A DNA stretch of 64,000 nt, from positions 5,828,001 to 5,892,000 of the forward strand of contig NC_087259.1 of the NCBI RefSeq assembly GCF_037042905.1, written 5' to 3'. The stretch is from Lytechinus pictus (taxonomy: Eukaryota). Positions 49,325 through 63,058 of the stretch are shown in pieces. Every line of letters begins with the position of its first letter. Positions within the stretch are counted from its first letter, which is position 1. A program made the position numbers and the translations under genes. The notes below the pieces were generated by a model. It searched no databases. It was not told the origin of the DNA and worked only from the letters and a program-made list of their open reading frames with translations.

Positions 49325-50262
49325 AGGGACGTCCACCCAAACAAAATAGTTGATTTGAATGAAATGATAAATACCAAATCTATCATAAAGCTGAAAATGT
49401 CATCGAATTCATATGGAAAATAAAACAGTTACGACATTCTAAAACTTCGCATATTTTTCACCAAATTGTTATATGCACAAAATCATTGATATACAGATGA
49501 GAGAGAGAGTTGACGATGTCATATGCTCATTATTTCTTTTAAATGTCATTGCATGAATTAAACCATATTCCGTTTGTATATAGATTTGATGATAAGAAAC
49601 TCTTAATTAATAATAATAATAGCTGCATTTATAAAGCGCTTTTTGTCTGAGGATACAAAGCGCTGCTATTATTACCCCGGCTCTATCTCGAGCTACTATC
49701 ACCGGCGCTCAGTGCATGCAAGGAATTACTCCTGCCGGGTACCCATTAACCTCACATGGGTCAAGTGCAGCACAGTGTGGATACATTTCTTGCTGAAGGA
49801 AAACACGCCGTGGCTGGGATTCGAACCCACGACCCTCTGTTTCAAAGGCGAGAGTTAGAACCACTACACCACGACGCACCCACAATTGAATCACATTCAT
49901 GTATACAACAATGGCAATTCCACGTGCTGAGGGAGGAATCAAACTCACCTTGTATTATTTGAAATATTTCATGTATCTTGGAATAAAATGCAAAAGAAAA
50001 TAGTCAGTGGTTGATGTGGTCAGTTAAAAGCTACTGTAATCCTTCATTCTGATTGGCTGATTGTAAATTTGTCATATAAATTGTGCATTTGTTAGTATAA
50101 CAAGGCTTTATGAAATGGGACCCAGGATGTGCATCTAACTGTTTTGTGAAATTAAGCGAAACTTAGAAATATCAGAACTTTCTTACTTAATATTCGATTT
50201 TTAAATGAAATATATGCTTTTCTAATTTTGTTTTATTTATTCAAATCAATTTTTGTAGGGGT
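49325..50262. mobile_element. Old Kolobok-type copy interrupted by a SINE and a MITE fragment
   Basis: GGGACGTCCACCC...TTGATTTGAAT on the left and ATTCAAATCAA...GGGGTGTAC on the right. Confidence 0.65.
49608..49881 (-). mobile_element. tRNA-derived SINE (CORE-like body, L2-like tail)
   Basis: GTGGTGTAGTGG, GGTTCGAATCCC, GCACTTGACCCA...AATGGGTACCCGGC, AAGCGCTTTATAAATGC(TAT)n. Confidence 0.85.
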
Positions 50263-51403
50263 GTACATGTTCCTCCCGTCGACTTCCTTACTCACACTCT
50301 ACTCTTCTTTAGTATTTATACCATATCTTCCCTACGGTCTTCTTATATGGGGAAACACACATCAAACTTTACTTAACAGGATTTTATTGCTGCAAAAGAA
50401 AGCACTTCGAATTGTTTCTTCTTCTCATGTACGTTCCCACACTGATCCCACTTTTTTCGAAAACAAACTTTTGAAGATCAGTGATCTTTACCTACTCCAG
50501 CTTAGCCAATTTATGTACCAATACAATAATAATATGCTTCCCTTTATTTCTCACGACATGTTCTTAAAAAACAGCTCCTTACACAATTACCCTACTAGAC
50601 GTCGCGATGACCTTCATTTGCCTATGCTTAGAACGCTGTTCGCCCAAAATACATTTATATATAGGGGCCCAAAATTTTGGAGCTCTCTCCACCCTGATAT
50701 TCAGTTTTCCCCTTTTATTAATTCATTTAAAAGAAAATTAAAATTCACTTTGTTGCAGTCTTACAAAACCTCACATTGATTCCTTTACCTCTATAATCTA
50801 TTTATTTATTTATTGTTTACCTGTTTACAGGTTACCCTCGGTGATTGTGTTAGATTGACTACACTTCTCTCATTCTCTCTTTCTCTCCCTCTCTTTCTCT
50901 TTTTGCCTTTCTCTTTCTCCATTTCTCCCTTCTTCGGATTTTCGCAGTTTGTGCAGCAATGTTTGTTGTCTTGTGTGTCTTATTTTTGTTGTTGTTTTGT
51001 TTTGTCTTCATGTCTTTTTTGTTGTCTCTGCTCACCTTTTAATATTAATTTCCTTTATCATAATTATTTTTTATACCTTTATTTCATTATCTATTTTGTA
51101 TTACTACCTGCTTTTGGCCCATATAGATTTAAGTGTTATACTTTTTTTTTTCTTGAGTGGTCCACACTTTACAAGCTTTGCTTTTTAGTGGGCCACTCCA
51201 TTTTTCCAACATATCTTGCATATTGTTATTATCAAATTGGAAATATTATCTTCTGTATCAGGTGTATATTCTTTATATTTGGTTTATTTGAATATTTATG
51301 TCATTTATATTTTCTGATGTTATGTTTTATTTATTGTAATTATTGCATTGTAAATTTTGTTTGAAAAATGAATAAATAAATGAATGAATGAATGAATGAA
51401 TGA
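50263..51403 (+). mobile_element. 3' end of a CR1/L2-group LINE
   Basis: ORF2 C-terminus (PYL.YG..IWG, LQKKALR, GPKFW); 3' stem-loop GAGTGGTCCAC...GTGGGCCACTC; (AATG)n tail. Confidence 0.85.
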
Positions 51404-51736
51404 CCTTCAAATGATAAAATATCTCCTTCCCCCCCCTCCTTCTCTCTCTCTCTTTCTCATTTTCTCTTTTCTCTCTCTTTTATATGCTCTCTGTAAACAT
51501 ATTTCAAATCATAATTATCAACCCCTGACCTTTTTTTCCCCGGTGTTTATCCCAGGGATTCGCAACTACCTGTCACAAACTATTCGCTTTTCGCCCGCCC
51601 CCGCCCCCCCCCTCATCATTCCCAATGCTAGGCCCTACTCAGTTAATATATATCTAAATTAAAACGAATGTATTATCAGTCAAAGATGATTTTAATATTT
51701 CAATTAATTGGAAGATATGTAAAAAAAAATATCTAC

Positions 51737-52551
51737 CTATTTAGATTTGTCATGATTCAAAACGTAGGACAAAAGTTTATTGCTGAGATTTTGTACGTGC
51801 GAACCCTTTGGATGTACAAAATCTTTTTCAAACTGTGCATTTGTCATGTCCCAGGCATCCATAAACCCGAGATTTTCATGAGCAAAAACTTTATTTCTCA
51901 TCCTTCTATCAAGATCCCTCGCAGTCCAGTCACTGTTTTTAATATAATGATCAAATTTTTTATGTTCTCTTGTGTTTGCGCTTTTCCAGACGACTAAAGT
52001 TCTAGGACTACGCTCATGCAGGCGTCGTACGGACATCAACATGTCCTCCACACGAGCATCGTAGTACCAAGGAGGGAAGGAAGCAAAGTGCGCCCACAAC
52101 GTCAAAACCAAAACAGTGTTCTCCCCTCCTTTAACACGATCGATCAAATTTGCGATGTACTGTATGGTTGAAACATTCGCCCACGTTGCTCTTCCGATGG
52201 GATGCCCGTGAAACTGGAAGTACAAACTAATGTTATTTTTCCTATCTATGGCCCTTGTCGGTCCTACGTACCATTTTGGGTTCCGCTTTGACTTTGGCGA
52301 GGTTTTCAAATTGAAGAGTTTCGTGTAAAATTCGAACAGCTGACGGATGGTAGAATCTCCGAAGAAGTAGACTGTCTTGTTCTTTAGGAGTGAGGTTGCT
52401 TGTGATCTATCAAACATCTGTAAGGCACAATCTGGTGAATGGAAGTTCGTTCCCCAGTAAAAGCCAGCTACTTCCGGTGTTCCGAATTGCGTCTTTGGTT
52501 TGCAAGGTGGAAGGTTATCCAATGCACCACTGTGTACAACCGACTCTTTAC
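51737..52551 (-). CDS. NXPE: NXPE-family gene B, last coding exon (catalytic domain)
   Basis: Acceptor CCCTATAG, phase 1; FFGDSTIRQ, HGHP, KSANTRE, DAWDMT, DFVHP; paralog of 35153-35964. Confidence 0.93.
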
Positions 52552-53758
52552 CTATAGGGATCGAGAAAAAATTATTACCACGAACACTGACAATAAGTCG
52601 GATCTAATGAAAGCAGAAAGGTTAGAGGCAAATTATTGGTGAAGGGTTTCTGCTTCTATTAAAACCAACATATCGTCAGTTTGAAATTCCTATTTAAAAG
52701 ACCCTGACCGTAACCAACAGTGAAATTGGCAAATAATTTACCAAATGAAAACTTATTAAATAAAAAAACAGCAATGTAAGGTTTATACATTTTTCTCTGC
52801 TGGTCACCTGATTATTTTTATTAAGAAAAGCTCCAATTACCGGGTTTCGAGAATAGGCTTTGTTTTGCTTTTCAGCAGTATCAGTGACGTCAATCCGTGT
52901 TAGTATTTCCCTGGTCAATACAATCTGTGTCAAAAGCGTCGTGTACATAGAAATAACTGAATGACCCCTTTTTTCCAGATTACGCATTTAATTGATTTAC
53001 TTCGACCACATACATATATCATAAAAATATTTTCCTGAATGCTTAGATTGATGAAACCTAGAGTTTTGGACTATTTTTTGTCATGTTTTATCCCTTGATT
53101 ATGCGGCGCAGCTTTCGATATCTATCTCCGTTCAGGTTTTGTGTAACACGGTGGGGTTTTTTCCTGACATTTAGACCAATTAAGAGCCAAACAAAGAAAT
53201 AATAACATCCCAGAGAATAGCTGGAGATCTTCACGATCAATTATGAACTCTGAATGATTGTCAGTGCCATTTTCCTCTGCAAATTAAAAAAAATCTAATT
53301 CATAATCTGGAAATCAGTCATATTTTTCCATTTGGTAAATTGTTTGAATGTTGTATCATGATTATGACATGAGGTCAACTTCATCCAACAACAACAAGTT
53401 AGTTTGAAATTGATAAAGAGAATTCGAATCTCATTAATCTTGACCTGGTTGGATCAGCCCCTGCGCTCGACGAAATCTGATCAGTGTCTGTGCCGTTACT
53501 TTACCAGGGTTGCCCGGTAGACACCATTTGCTTTTCTGTTTATCGGAGACTCGGCCAGAGTTCCGATTAGTTATCACCATTTTTTTCCTGGGTAGGACTA
53601 CGCATGCATGCTCAATACTTAATTGAGCTTGCGCATTTCCGCCTGCATGGAAACAAAACATAGTAAAAATATATTTTTGTCACGTGAGCACCAACTGACC
53701 AATGGTTCAATAGGAACATTTAATTACTGTTCACAGCCAGGATATAATTCAAACTTAC

Positions 53759-53814
53759 CTGGCTCATGATGGACAACAATGGTGTGATCAGATCCAGTTA
53801 TCAACCGGTTACTC
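53759..53814 (-). CDS. NXPE: NXPE-family gene B, 56-nt exon
   Basis: CTGTAG|...|GTAAGT; SNRLITGSDHTIVVHHEP; phase 2/1. Confidence 0.85.
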
Positions 53815-53895
53815 CTACAGTTTAAAAAAGAAATGTAATAAAGTCGACGTTTTAAGATTGGTTTGAGTCATGACAAATGCAAAATCTAGTTTTAA

Positions 53896-54594
53896 AGGGG
53901 AACTTCAGCCGTACGAAAAGTTAAATCTAAAAAAGCAAATTTAAAATAAATATTGGTGAAGGTTCAAGAAAATGCATAAAAAATCTAAAAGATTGTTAAT
54001 ATTTTCTTTGTTGATTTGTGACGTCATGCAAGAGCAAATTCCTATGATTATGACGTGAATTAAAAAAAATCAAAGAATTGTTAATCTCTCTTAAAAAAAG
54101 ATCAGTATCTTCTATATCAACACACAAATGATTTCACACCCAATCCTGAAAAAATGAAATTTTAGTCATCATGAACCATTAAAAAAACAAATGAAAAAGT
54201 TATGATTTTTTTATTAGAATTTTGAACCGTTAATTTTTATTTGTGACGTCATATACTAGCAGCCGCCTCGTATAATATGTCATGTCAAATGCACAGAACT
54301 AAATAATGGTTCGCGATGACTAGACCTTTCTTCTTTAAGGAGTGGCTGTGTAATAATTTGTCTGTTCATATACTAAAAGTACAATAAAATTCATTTTTTT
54401 AGAAAATGACATTTCATTTTGATTCACAATACGTGGGCCCGAAGCTGTTCATATATGACGTCACGAATAAAAATAAAGGAACTTCTAATAACATTATACT
54501 TTGTTGGATTTTCCTCAAACCTTCCCATTTTTTTTTATTATCATTTTATCCTGCTATTTTGCGAATAAACTTTTTGTCAGGGTGAACTTCCCGT
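53896..54594. mobile_element. Second Kolobok-type family with TTAA TSD
   Basis: TTAA|AGGGGAACTTCA...TGAACTTCCCGT|TTAA; internal TGACGTCA motifs. Confidence 0.7.
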
Positions 54595-54814
54595 TTAAAA
54601 TGTGCAAAGGATTTCCCGTTTTTAGAACAGTTTATCAACAAACTTTTCCTCCAACTTAGCACTCGCATTGTTTTTTAATAGTGATATTCAAGATTCAAGA
54701 TTCAAGAAGTTTATTTTCATTTCCATGACAAATATAAATCAAATACAGATACAAATCAAAGTATGAGTACAAGATCAATTTTACCTCAGCATAATTATAT
54801 AATAAAAGCTTGTA

Positions 54815-55010
54815 CACTCTTAAAAATGTTGGGCAACATACGGTCCACACAACAATTGGTTAAAACTTTATCCAATTCTGGGTAGTTTTACACCAATACT
54901 GTGTAGTTTTCACCCAAAGCACACATTATTGGTGTAAAACTACCCAGAATTGGATAAAGTTTTAACCAATTGTTGTGTGGACCGTATGTTGCCCAACATT
55001 TTTAAGAGTG
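54815..55010. mobile_element. Young palindromic MITE (CAC...GTG ends, TA TSD)
   Basis: Perfect 84-bp inverted arms at 54815-54898 and 54927-55010; it sits within a LINE 3'-end remnant. Confidence 0.92.
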
Positions 55011-56208
55011 TATAAAATAATATTAAGCGTGTATGGAAATGCGGGAATCCACTAAAAGCATTGCTTGTAGAGTGGGGATCATCTAAAGCGAGTTGCAGAA
55101 ATTATTTCTATTAAGCAATTGAGAAAAGGCTAAGTAATAAAATTTAATGAAATTTAGAAATTCATTCGATTGTACAAAATGTACAAATATACAATATTAT
55201 AAAATGGGAAAGGAAAATGTGATAAATAGGAAAAATATTTTAAAGAAAAAAAATATTATTATCCTGTACACGGATTCAAACGGTTTTGAAATGACGCTTA
55301 TTTTCAGGTTAGTATATCAAACATGCCAAATAAATATGCTCACAATTCGTGTTGGTATAACTTTATTAAGTGGTATCCTGTTCATGAATTCAGCGTAATG
55401 AGTCAAAGTTTTGAGGGGCTATATGGCGTATCGCTTGAATTTTATAAAAAGTTGAGAGCGAGCAAGAAAATTTTTCGACATTATTACAAAAATATAATTG
55501 TGTGATAAATGTTGACCTTTTTAATTATTTCACCCTTCTTCCTTTCCTTTTCTCTTTTGTTTTCTTTGTCGTACCCCCCCCCCCCCCAATCTGCATGCCA
55601 CTGATTCAAACGGTACTTGTGAGGTCTCTTTTTAGGAAAGTACATGTAGATTAAAACAAAAATAAGCTTCGAGCGCGCACAGTTTGTATTTATTGTTTTA
55701 ATCTTGCTCGCTACGCTCACTTGCAATATCAATAAATGTTAATCATATAAAGGGAGAGATCTGTGAAAGTAAGTGACGTTATGTAATTTATTTAATTTTT
55801 TCCTGTCATAGGGTTTATACGTCTTGTGCATCAGACCTTCTTTCTTGACGAATTGCCAGGTAGGCATGCCCCCCCCCCCCCATCCCACCTTAAGAAATCC
55901 TGGATCCACCCTGGCCGCCGCCTTACAAAGAGTTTCAATTGATCGAATCAACCTCAGCTATATGGAAATCCATCAATGTCATAATTTTTGCTACAAGAAA
56001 TTTGCAAAATGTCCTTTGTAAATAAAAATGAAGCACGATGAATTTTCAAGAAATCAATGAAGGTATGAATATAATTATATCTTATCTAGAAAATATTTAG
56101 AACAAACGTGCAATTAGATATTGACGCTGCTGGCTTTCCATAGTTGTGGTTGATCCGATCAATTGCAACTCTTTGTGAAACGGGGCCCTACTGGGCCCAT
56201 GAACTCAC

Positions 56209-56357
56209 CAGGTGAATGAAAGATGATCGATAGGAGATACGACTGACTGATGTCCCACACTATGTTGCATCGACCAGTCATCGCAGGAGAAACTTGCTGG
56301 CTTCAAACAAAACCAAGGGGTACCAGTCCTCGTGTCAGTGAAGTTGCAACTGCCATT
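56209..56357 (-). CDS. NXPE: NXPE-family gene B, 149-nt exon
   Basis: AAG|NGSCNFTDTRTGTPWFCLKPASFSCDDW...|GTGAGT; phase 0/2. Confidence 0.88.
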
Positions 56358-57191
56358 CTTTTACCATTCGAATATTGGAGAAAGTATAAGACAGGTAAAA
56401 AGAAAGAAAAAACAAATCGGAAGACTATAATTACTTTGTCGGGATGAAAATGCAAATGGATTTTTTTTACTCACTTTAAAAGAAAAAACATTGATTTATA
56501 ATGTAGGTCTATGTTATTGATGTTCTTGAGAACCATGAGAACACTTGGGCCAATTAGTTTCTCAGGTAGATTTTAAGCGGAGTAACTTCACAATTATTGT
56601 CGACGCACCAACTGTCGACAAAGACTTCTGATAACTAGCCTCTGTCACAGACGGACATTGGATAATACCATTGTCCTGTTATTAAAGTTTTTCCTGCATT
56701 GCTCAGTAAATGATGTGAAAAAATAACAGATTGATGTAAAGTGCAGGGATAGATGATGAACAACAAAATGTCAGCCCTAGAAATACATATTGAAAGGTGG
56801 ATTACGCCTTTATACCCATTCGGGAAGGACGAGGAATGGCAAAACAGAACTAGCTCCCCAATTACTTCTTTTTCAGTTTCTGTTATCCTGGTTATGGCAT
56901 TTCCCGTAGGAACTCAGCGGGACAGCTTTTTGATGGTATAATTCCAAGCTGGTACATAACCAATTACCTATGAAACGTTTTACGTCTCAAGTTAATCGGT
57001 CGATGGCTGACCGTGTAGATGACAAAAATTACTATCGGGTCTTTTTATCAAAGTGAAGTGCAGAGCGGGGATTTGAACTCACAACCTGACGGCTATGATT
57101 CCAATGCTTAGACCACTAGACCGCTATACTACTTGATGTTAAAGGATTGCTTAATGATATTCAGTACTTCTATTCTGAGAACACTTCTTAC

Positions 57192-57776
57192 CACTGCTTT
57201 GGACTTTCGGAGCACTTTGAGGTCCATGTAGCAGCCCGCCTCCGCAGATTTCTCCGATTTTTTTGAATAAAATTTACTTATGTATGACATCCTGATAGCT
57301 TCTTCTTTCTGAAGTCTTCTTAGCACGTAATTGGCTTCACTTGTATGAACTAATGTAACCTGAATGTTAACCAAACCTGCCCACTTCAAGGTAAAGAGGG
57401 CGCTGTAGGTCCCGTTCCCATGGTCGGCAACTTCGCCGTCTGACATCGAGCTTGCCTGGAAAGTTGAATTTTTGGTATATATTTTGGCTCGGAAATAGTC
57501 TCCCCCGTAGGTCTTGCTCTCGTTTAGCCCATTTCGGGCTTGGATGGTCAATCTGAGCTCATCGCAGACCATAAATCGTGAAGGTCGTCCAGCAATATGA
57601 AATGTCGTGAAGTTCGGATTGGTCATATTGAGCAAACTCGTCCAAGAAACATGAGTCGGGATCTTATCCTCGTACGTGTACCGTCTGCGCCTCTGTTTTG
57701 TCATGAGATTCGGACAGAAGGGGTGAACAGTAAGATTTGTCCATTCCTTTGTCAATGCCTTTGGCTCTGCCAGGTT
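57192..57776 (-). CDS. NXPE: NXPE-family gene B, exon 2 equivalent
   Basis: TTTACAG|NLAEPK...YGGDYFR...DHGNGTY...|GTAAGA; 585 nt, phase 0/0. The upstream signal-anchor exon was not found in the window. Confidence 0.9.
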
Positions 57777-58199
57777 CTGTAAATACAAATATCAATGAAA
57801 TTGATACGTATCAAATAGAAGAGAAAGTGTCAGCAATATCTCACGTTTATTATAGTTTACCATCCAATACAATGTTATGCTTCGAAAGTGGACGCAAATG
57901 CTTCGAAAATGCCGTCTAGAATTTTACTTTCATAATGTTGTATGATATTGTCTTATTTTGTTGGAGTTGGATAAATCATTGAAATTCGAACAGAGAACAA
58001 TTTGAACAACTCTGATGTCATAATTTGGACAAATTGGACGTTATTCAAGACTGGATTCTGAGCATACCCCGTCGGATCTAATGCTACAGTCCCATCGGTA
58101 TCATTTTGCTGCATGCGTATATTCGTACGGACAGTTTTTACTGGTACTGACAATTAACTTTTATTCAATGATCATCCTACATGGTACGTGAATATTGAT

Positions 58200-61100
58200 T
58201 TTATTATCATATTAACTACTTTTATTGTGACCAGTACTTCACTTTCCAGGAATTTGGAATTATGTCTTTGAAAACGAATGCTCATAAGGGTGAGCCCGGT
58301 TCATCTGATTTCAAATATAAACTGCCAAAACATTTGACCAAACGAAGTATTTCAACAGCAGTGAAATACCTATATGCATCAAGTACTCACAATGAGAATG
58401 ATATTATTGACAAGAATACGGCTTTGACAGAGGAACTTGGAAAGATATACCCATCTCTTAACAAGCATATACAATGTATGTCGGCATTTTATTCTCATCG
58501 ATCATCATGATCATGGCAGCCATGATGTCCTTGAACTTGAAGACGGCAGTCGTCATGTAATACCTATTAGACAACAAAGCCGTCCAGATTCCACACATTC
58601 CACCATCTCTATTGAATCTGAATTATCTCACTTAAAGGCGCAGATAGAGTCTATTGGAAAGACTGTTGATACCCTTTAATATTCAAAACGCTACATCAGT
58701 GAATTTTGATAATAAGAAGGGATCACCTACTCACGATTTCTCGCAAGATCCTATTGAAGAAAACAATACATTGAGAGACAACCCTATTATAACACACGAT
58801 TTTCAATGTGGTACGTCTTTTGATCATCAGTTACCAGATTATCGTAGCAAACAAAAACAACAATATGAGTCGAAAAGTCGCTCTGCACGCCATCAACAAA
58901 GGGCGAATTCTTCTCGCAACATTGATGTCTTGTTGAAATGGGACTCTATGTTAAAGAAAATTGATCCACCTAAACTATCTAGGCGATTATATGTATCTTG
59001 TAAATCATTTCCTGGAGCAAAAATTCAGGATGTATCGGAAAAAGTCATCCAGCTAACTAAGAAAGATGCAGTTAAGGAAGTAATATTACATCTTGGAACT
59101 AACAATATAAATTTAGATGGTGAGGATCAAATTGTCACTAAAATCTCATCACTTTGCGAGGAAATTCTCAAGAAGACCAAAGTTAGTGCGATCACACTGT
59201 CTAGCATCATACATCGTCACCAAGAATCTCATACTCAGTGGAGTAAGATCTACGCGGTTAACGCACGGCTAAAACTTCTGACCAATGAGAGAGGATGGAA
59301 TATGATCGACAATAGCGCCATCTATCCCGATATTCACCTTCTGAAACAGGACGGTGTTCACCTCAACGGAGCCGGTGTCATCCATAGAGATGTATACTAA
59401 TTAGTATACATCTCTATGGTGTCATCGAACTTGCGAAAAACACCATACGCCACCTACGATGGAATTCAGCGCAATTAGCTGATCGATATTCCCCAGATTA
59501 TCGACGAAGCAACCATCGACGGAAAGCAAGAGATCGAATCTTCCCCCGAGACTGGATGGATTCCCTAAACACAGCGAGGAGACTACTGAACCCGAACTCT
59601 TACTAGAAGATAATTAAATTAAAACTCAACCAGCAACTACAAATGAGCCAAATGTTTTTACCTTTAATGCAGATATTGAGTTTGTAAATAAAGCTGATGA
59701 TGTGAATAACAACCCAAAATTTAACGGTAAAACATTATGTATAGTGGATGGTAAAGTTCCCCCATTACCAAAAGGACCGAAATTTATTCTGCTAAACAAT
59801 CGCGGTCTCGTAAATAAAATGGACAATCTTCGTCGTTTATTGTTTGATAACCAAGTTGAACTATTATGCTTAAATGAAACGTTTTGCGACGAGACAATCG
59901 GTGACAATGAACTTCTCATAGAAGGTATGCGGATCGAACGCAGAGATCGAAATCGTTCAGGCGGAGGCGTTGCTATTTATATGACAGAATCCTTGACTTA
60001 TTTCAGAAGACATGATTTAGAAGACTCCTCCCTTGAAATGATCTGTTTGCAAATTCAACTTCCATTCCAAAAGAGTATTATTGTATTTTGTATTCACAGA
60101 CCTCCATCATGTGATATAACATTTTTTGATAGGTTTGAGACAATACTAGATTCTGTGACTTGTCTTCGTTCATCAATAAGTGAAATGTTTGTTTTGGATG
60201 ACATTAACTGTGACTACTGGAATTCGAACTGTCACTCAAATAATTTTCGCAAATTGGATTTTTTAATGAAATCATATAACTTTTCGGCTTTTCGCAGATC
60301 ATCGATTTACCTACCCGTGTAACTGATAGAAGCGAAACTCTTATTGACACTATCTTTACTACCAATGTTGATAATATCGTTGAACATGGTTGCATACTTA
60401 CATCGATAAGTGATCACTGTAATGGTGTACGTTATTCGAAAACCACATTCCACGGCACATGTGCATAAAAACAAAAAGTTTTGAATTACAGATCTTTTAA
60501 GCACTTTGATTCTGAAGAATTTCAGTGTTTATTATCTCAAGCCACATGGGATGTTCTAAATGATACTAAAAATGTTGATGATTACTGGGCTAAATGGAAG
60601 ACTATTTTCATATCAATAGCTCACTCTCTTGCCCCTGAGAAAGGTTAGGGTTAGAAATAATCCCGATCCTTGGATCGACTCCAATATTCGTAAATTAATG
60701 TACAAAAGAGATAAGGTATATAAAACTTGTTTGCCAATGAAGCAGAAGTTGAATAGCTCAAATGAACATGAATATAATGTTCTTTGAACCTCCTACAAAT
60801 CTTTGAGGAATGAAGTCAACATTTCTTTGTGAAATAGCAAGAGTCAATATTTTAAGTCACAGATTAAGTCTAACTCGAATGATTACAAAAGTATGTGGAA
60901 ATGCATACGTCATCTGATCCCTAAACTACGTGTTGCACTCCCAAGTGCCTTACATATTAATGGTCAAACTTATCAAGATGACGTTAGCATATATTCCTTT
61001 AATGATTACCTTATTAAACTTAATGCAAGAGAACAGCTACCAAATGTTACAAACGTTGATCCAGGTAACTGTTCTTCAATATTATCCAATAGTCCCCTTA

Positions 61101-63058
61101 ATATGTGTGCTTCTACCTTGGGTGTTTTTTAATATGACAAAATTGATTGTGATTCTGTTAAAAAAATTATTTCAAATTTAGATATTTCTAAAGCAACCGG
61201 AGTAGATGAAATAAGTGTAAAATTACTTAAGAGTGCCGGAAATGAAATTATTACGTTCCTCACTGAATCGATAAATTTGTCATTCAATAGTGGCATCTTT
61301 CCTGATGTATGGAAACAGGAAAATGTGCTCCCCTTGTTTAAGAAAGGAGATGTAAATTCGATGACCAATTACCGTCCGATATCGATACTTCCCGCTGTCA
61401 GTAAAATTATCGAACGAATAGTACACAAACAACTTTATGACTTTTTAATTGTAACTGATGTTTTAACAGAAGTACAGTTCGGGTTCAGACCATGTCACTC
61501 GACGACCTCAGCACTAGGCGCACTTACTGAGTCATGGCTAAAAGCCATCGATGAAGGACTGGTAGTTGGTGCTTTTTTTATAGATCTGAGGCGTGCATTC
61601 GACACGGTAGATACAGTTATAATGTCAAATAGACTACAGCTTATAGGATTGTCCCCTACTGCATTGTCGTGGTTTAATTCATACCTATCAAATAGAAAGC
61701 AAAATGTTGTAATTAGACAATCTAATTCTGATCAACTTATTTTAAATCAGGGCGTACCTCAAGGGTCGATACTGGGACCCCTCTTATTTTTGATATACAT
61801 CAATGACATGGTAAAAGTGGTAAAGAATGGGAGTCTTATAATGTACGCCGATGATACTACTTTGTATTGTACAGGTTCTTCCCTTAATGAAATTCAAATA
61901 AAATTACAGGAAGACATAAATAACATTCATCATTGGATAGTTAATAATAGATTAGTTTTAAATGTAGACAAAACTATATTCATCCTTATTGGAAGTAAAC
62001 CAAAAATAAATTATTTGGAGTTGAAGGCCTATGATGGGACAGAGATAGAGCATTGCTCCAGTATAACATGTCTCGGAGTAGTTATTGACCAGAACCTTAT
62101 GTGGAATGATCATGTTAACTCTGTTTGCAAAAAAGTATTTGCGGGTCTGGCAATGATAAAAAGAATCTATCCATTTATAGACAATGACACTATAAAATTA
62201 TTATATAATTGTTTAATCCAATCGCAAATGGACTATTGCTGCGAGATTTGGGGAAACCGTTCAAAAACGCAGACCAACAAAATCATTAAACTTCAAAAAA
62301 CGGGCTGCGAGACTTATTCTAAATTGCAACATGTACACTCCTTCTAAAGATATGTTTACGGAGTTAAAATGGCTACCATTTTATCAATGTGTCAAATATT
62401 TCAGATGTGTCTTCATGTATAAATGCATTCACAACTTATCTGCTGATTACTTTGGCATGTTTTTCCTCGAACTTGGGTGAATTTCACCAAATTAACACCC
62501 GACAATCAGCAAGAGGCGATCTCGTACTCCCTAAATGTCGCACAAAATACCGTAAAAACGCATTATGTTATGACGGCCCTTCCCTATATAATAACCTACC
62601 AACTGAAATAAGATCTGAAATTTAAATTTCATTTGAAGAAGCATTTAGCATTAGCTTATCACGACCCATAATCATTCTTCTTTTTAAGCTGTACCTCATT
62701 AATTCACGTAATTAACATTCGGCCCTCGATTTTGATTCTTTTGTTCGACTCACAACTTCAGCTTACTTTCTTAATTTTACAGATTTTGGCTAATTGTAAT
62801 TGTAACAATACACGTCTTATTACTTTCACGTCATCTGCTTTTTAAATAATTGTACTTTTATTGACAATTGTATATTTCCTTATTTCCTTCACATGTACTT
62901 ACCAATTTATGTATGCCTCTCTTATGATGTTTCTATGTAAATGAATTGTTATAACTGTTATGTTATGCTATGTACATTGTCACAGGGCCCCATGGGAGAC
63001 CAACACATTGTTGAATGGGCTTCCCTGTTTTTAAATAAATTTAAAAAAATAATAAAAA
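58200..63058 (+). mobile_element. Near full-length decayed CR1/L2-group LINE with an esterase-type ORF1
   Basis: ORF1 SGNH motifs (DSML, FPGA, LHLGTN, DGVHLN); ORF2 APE (CLNETF, SGGGVA, SDH) and RT (NYRPISIL, DLRRAFD, GVPQGSILGP, YADD); frameshifts; A-rich tail. 5' end approximate. Confidence 0.92.

Noticed and set aside
50813-51364. 183-aa hydrophobic ORF resembling a membrane protein
   Set aside because: It is a translation of the T-rich LINE 3' UTR and low-complexity sequence.
58654-59400. Origin of NXPE from the LINE esterase, or a functional link between them
   Set aside because: Both are SGNH-fold, but no similarity is visible beyond generic motifs; adjacency is probably coincidental.
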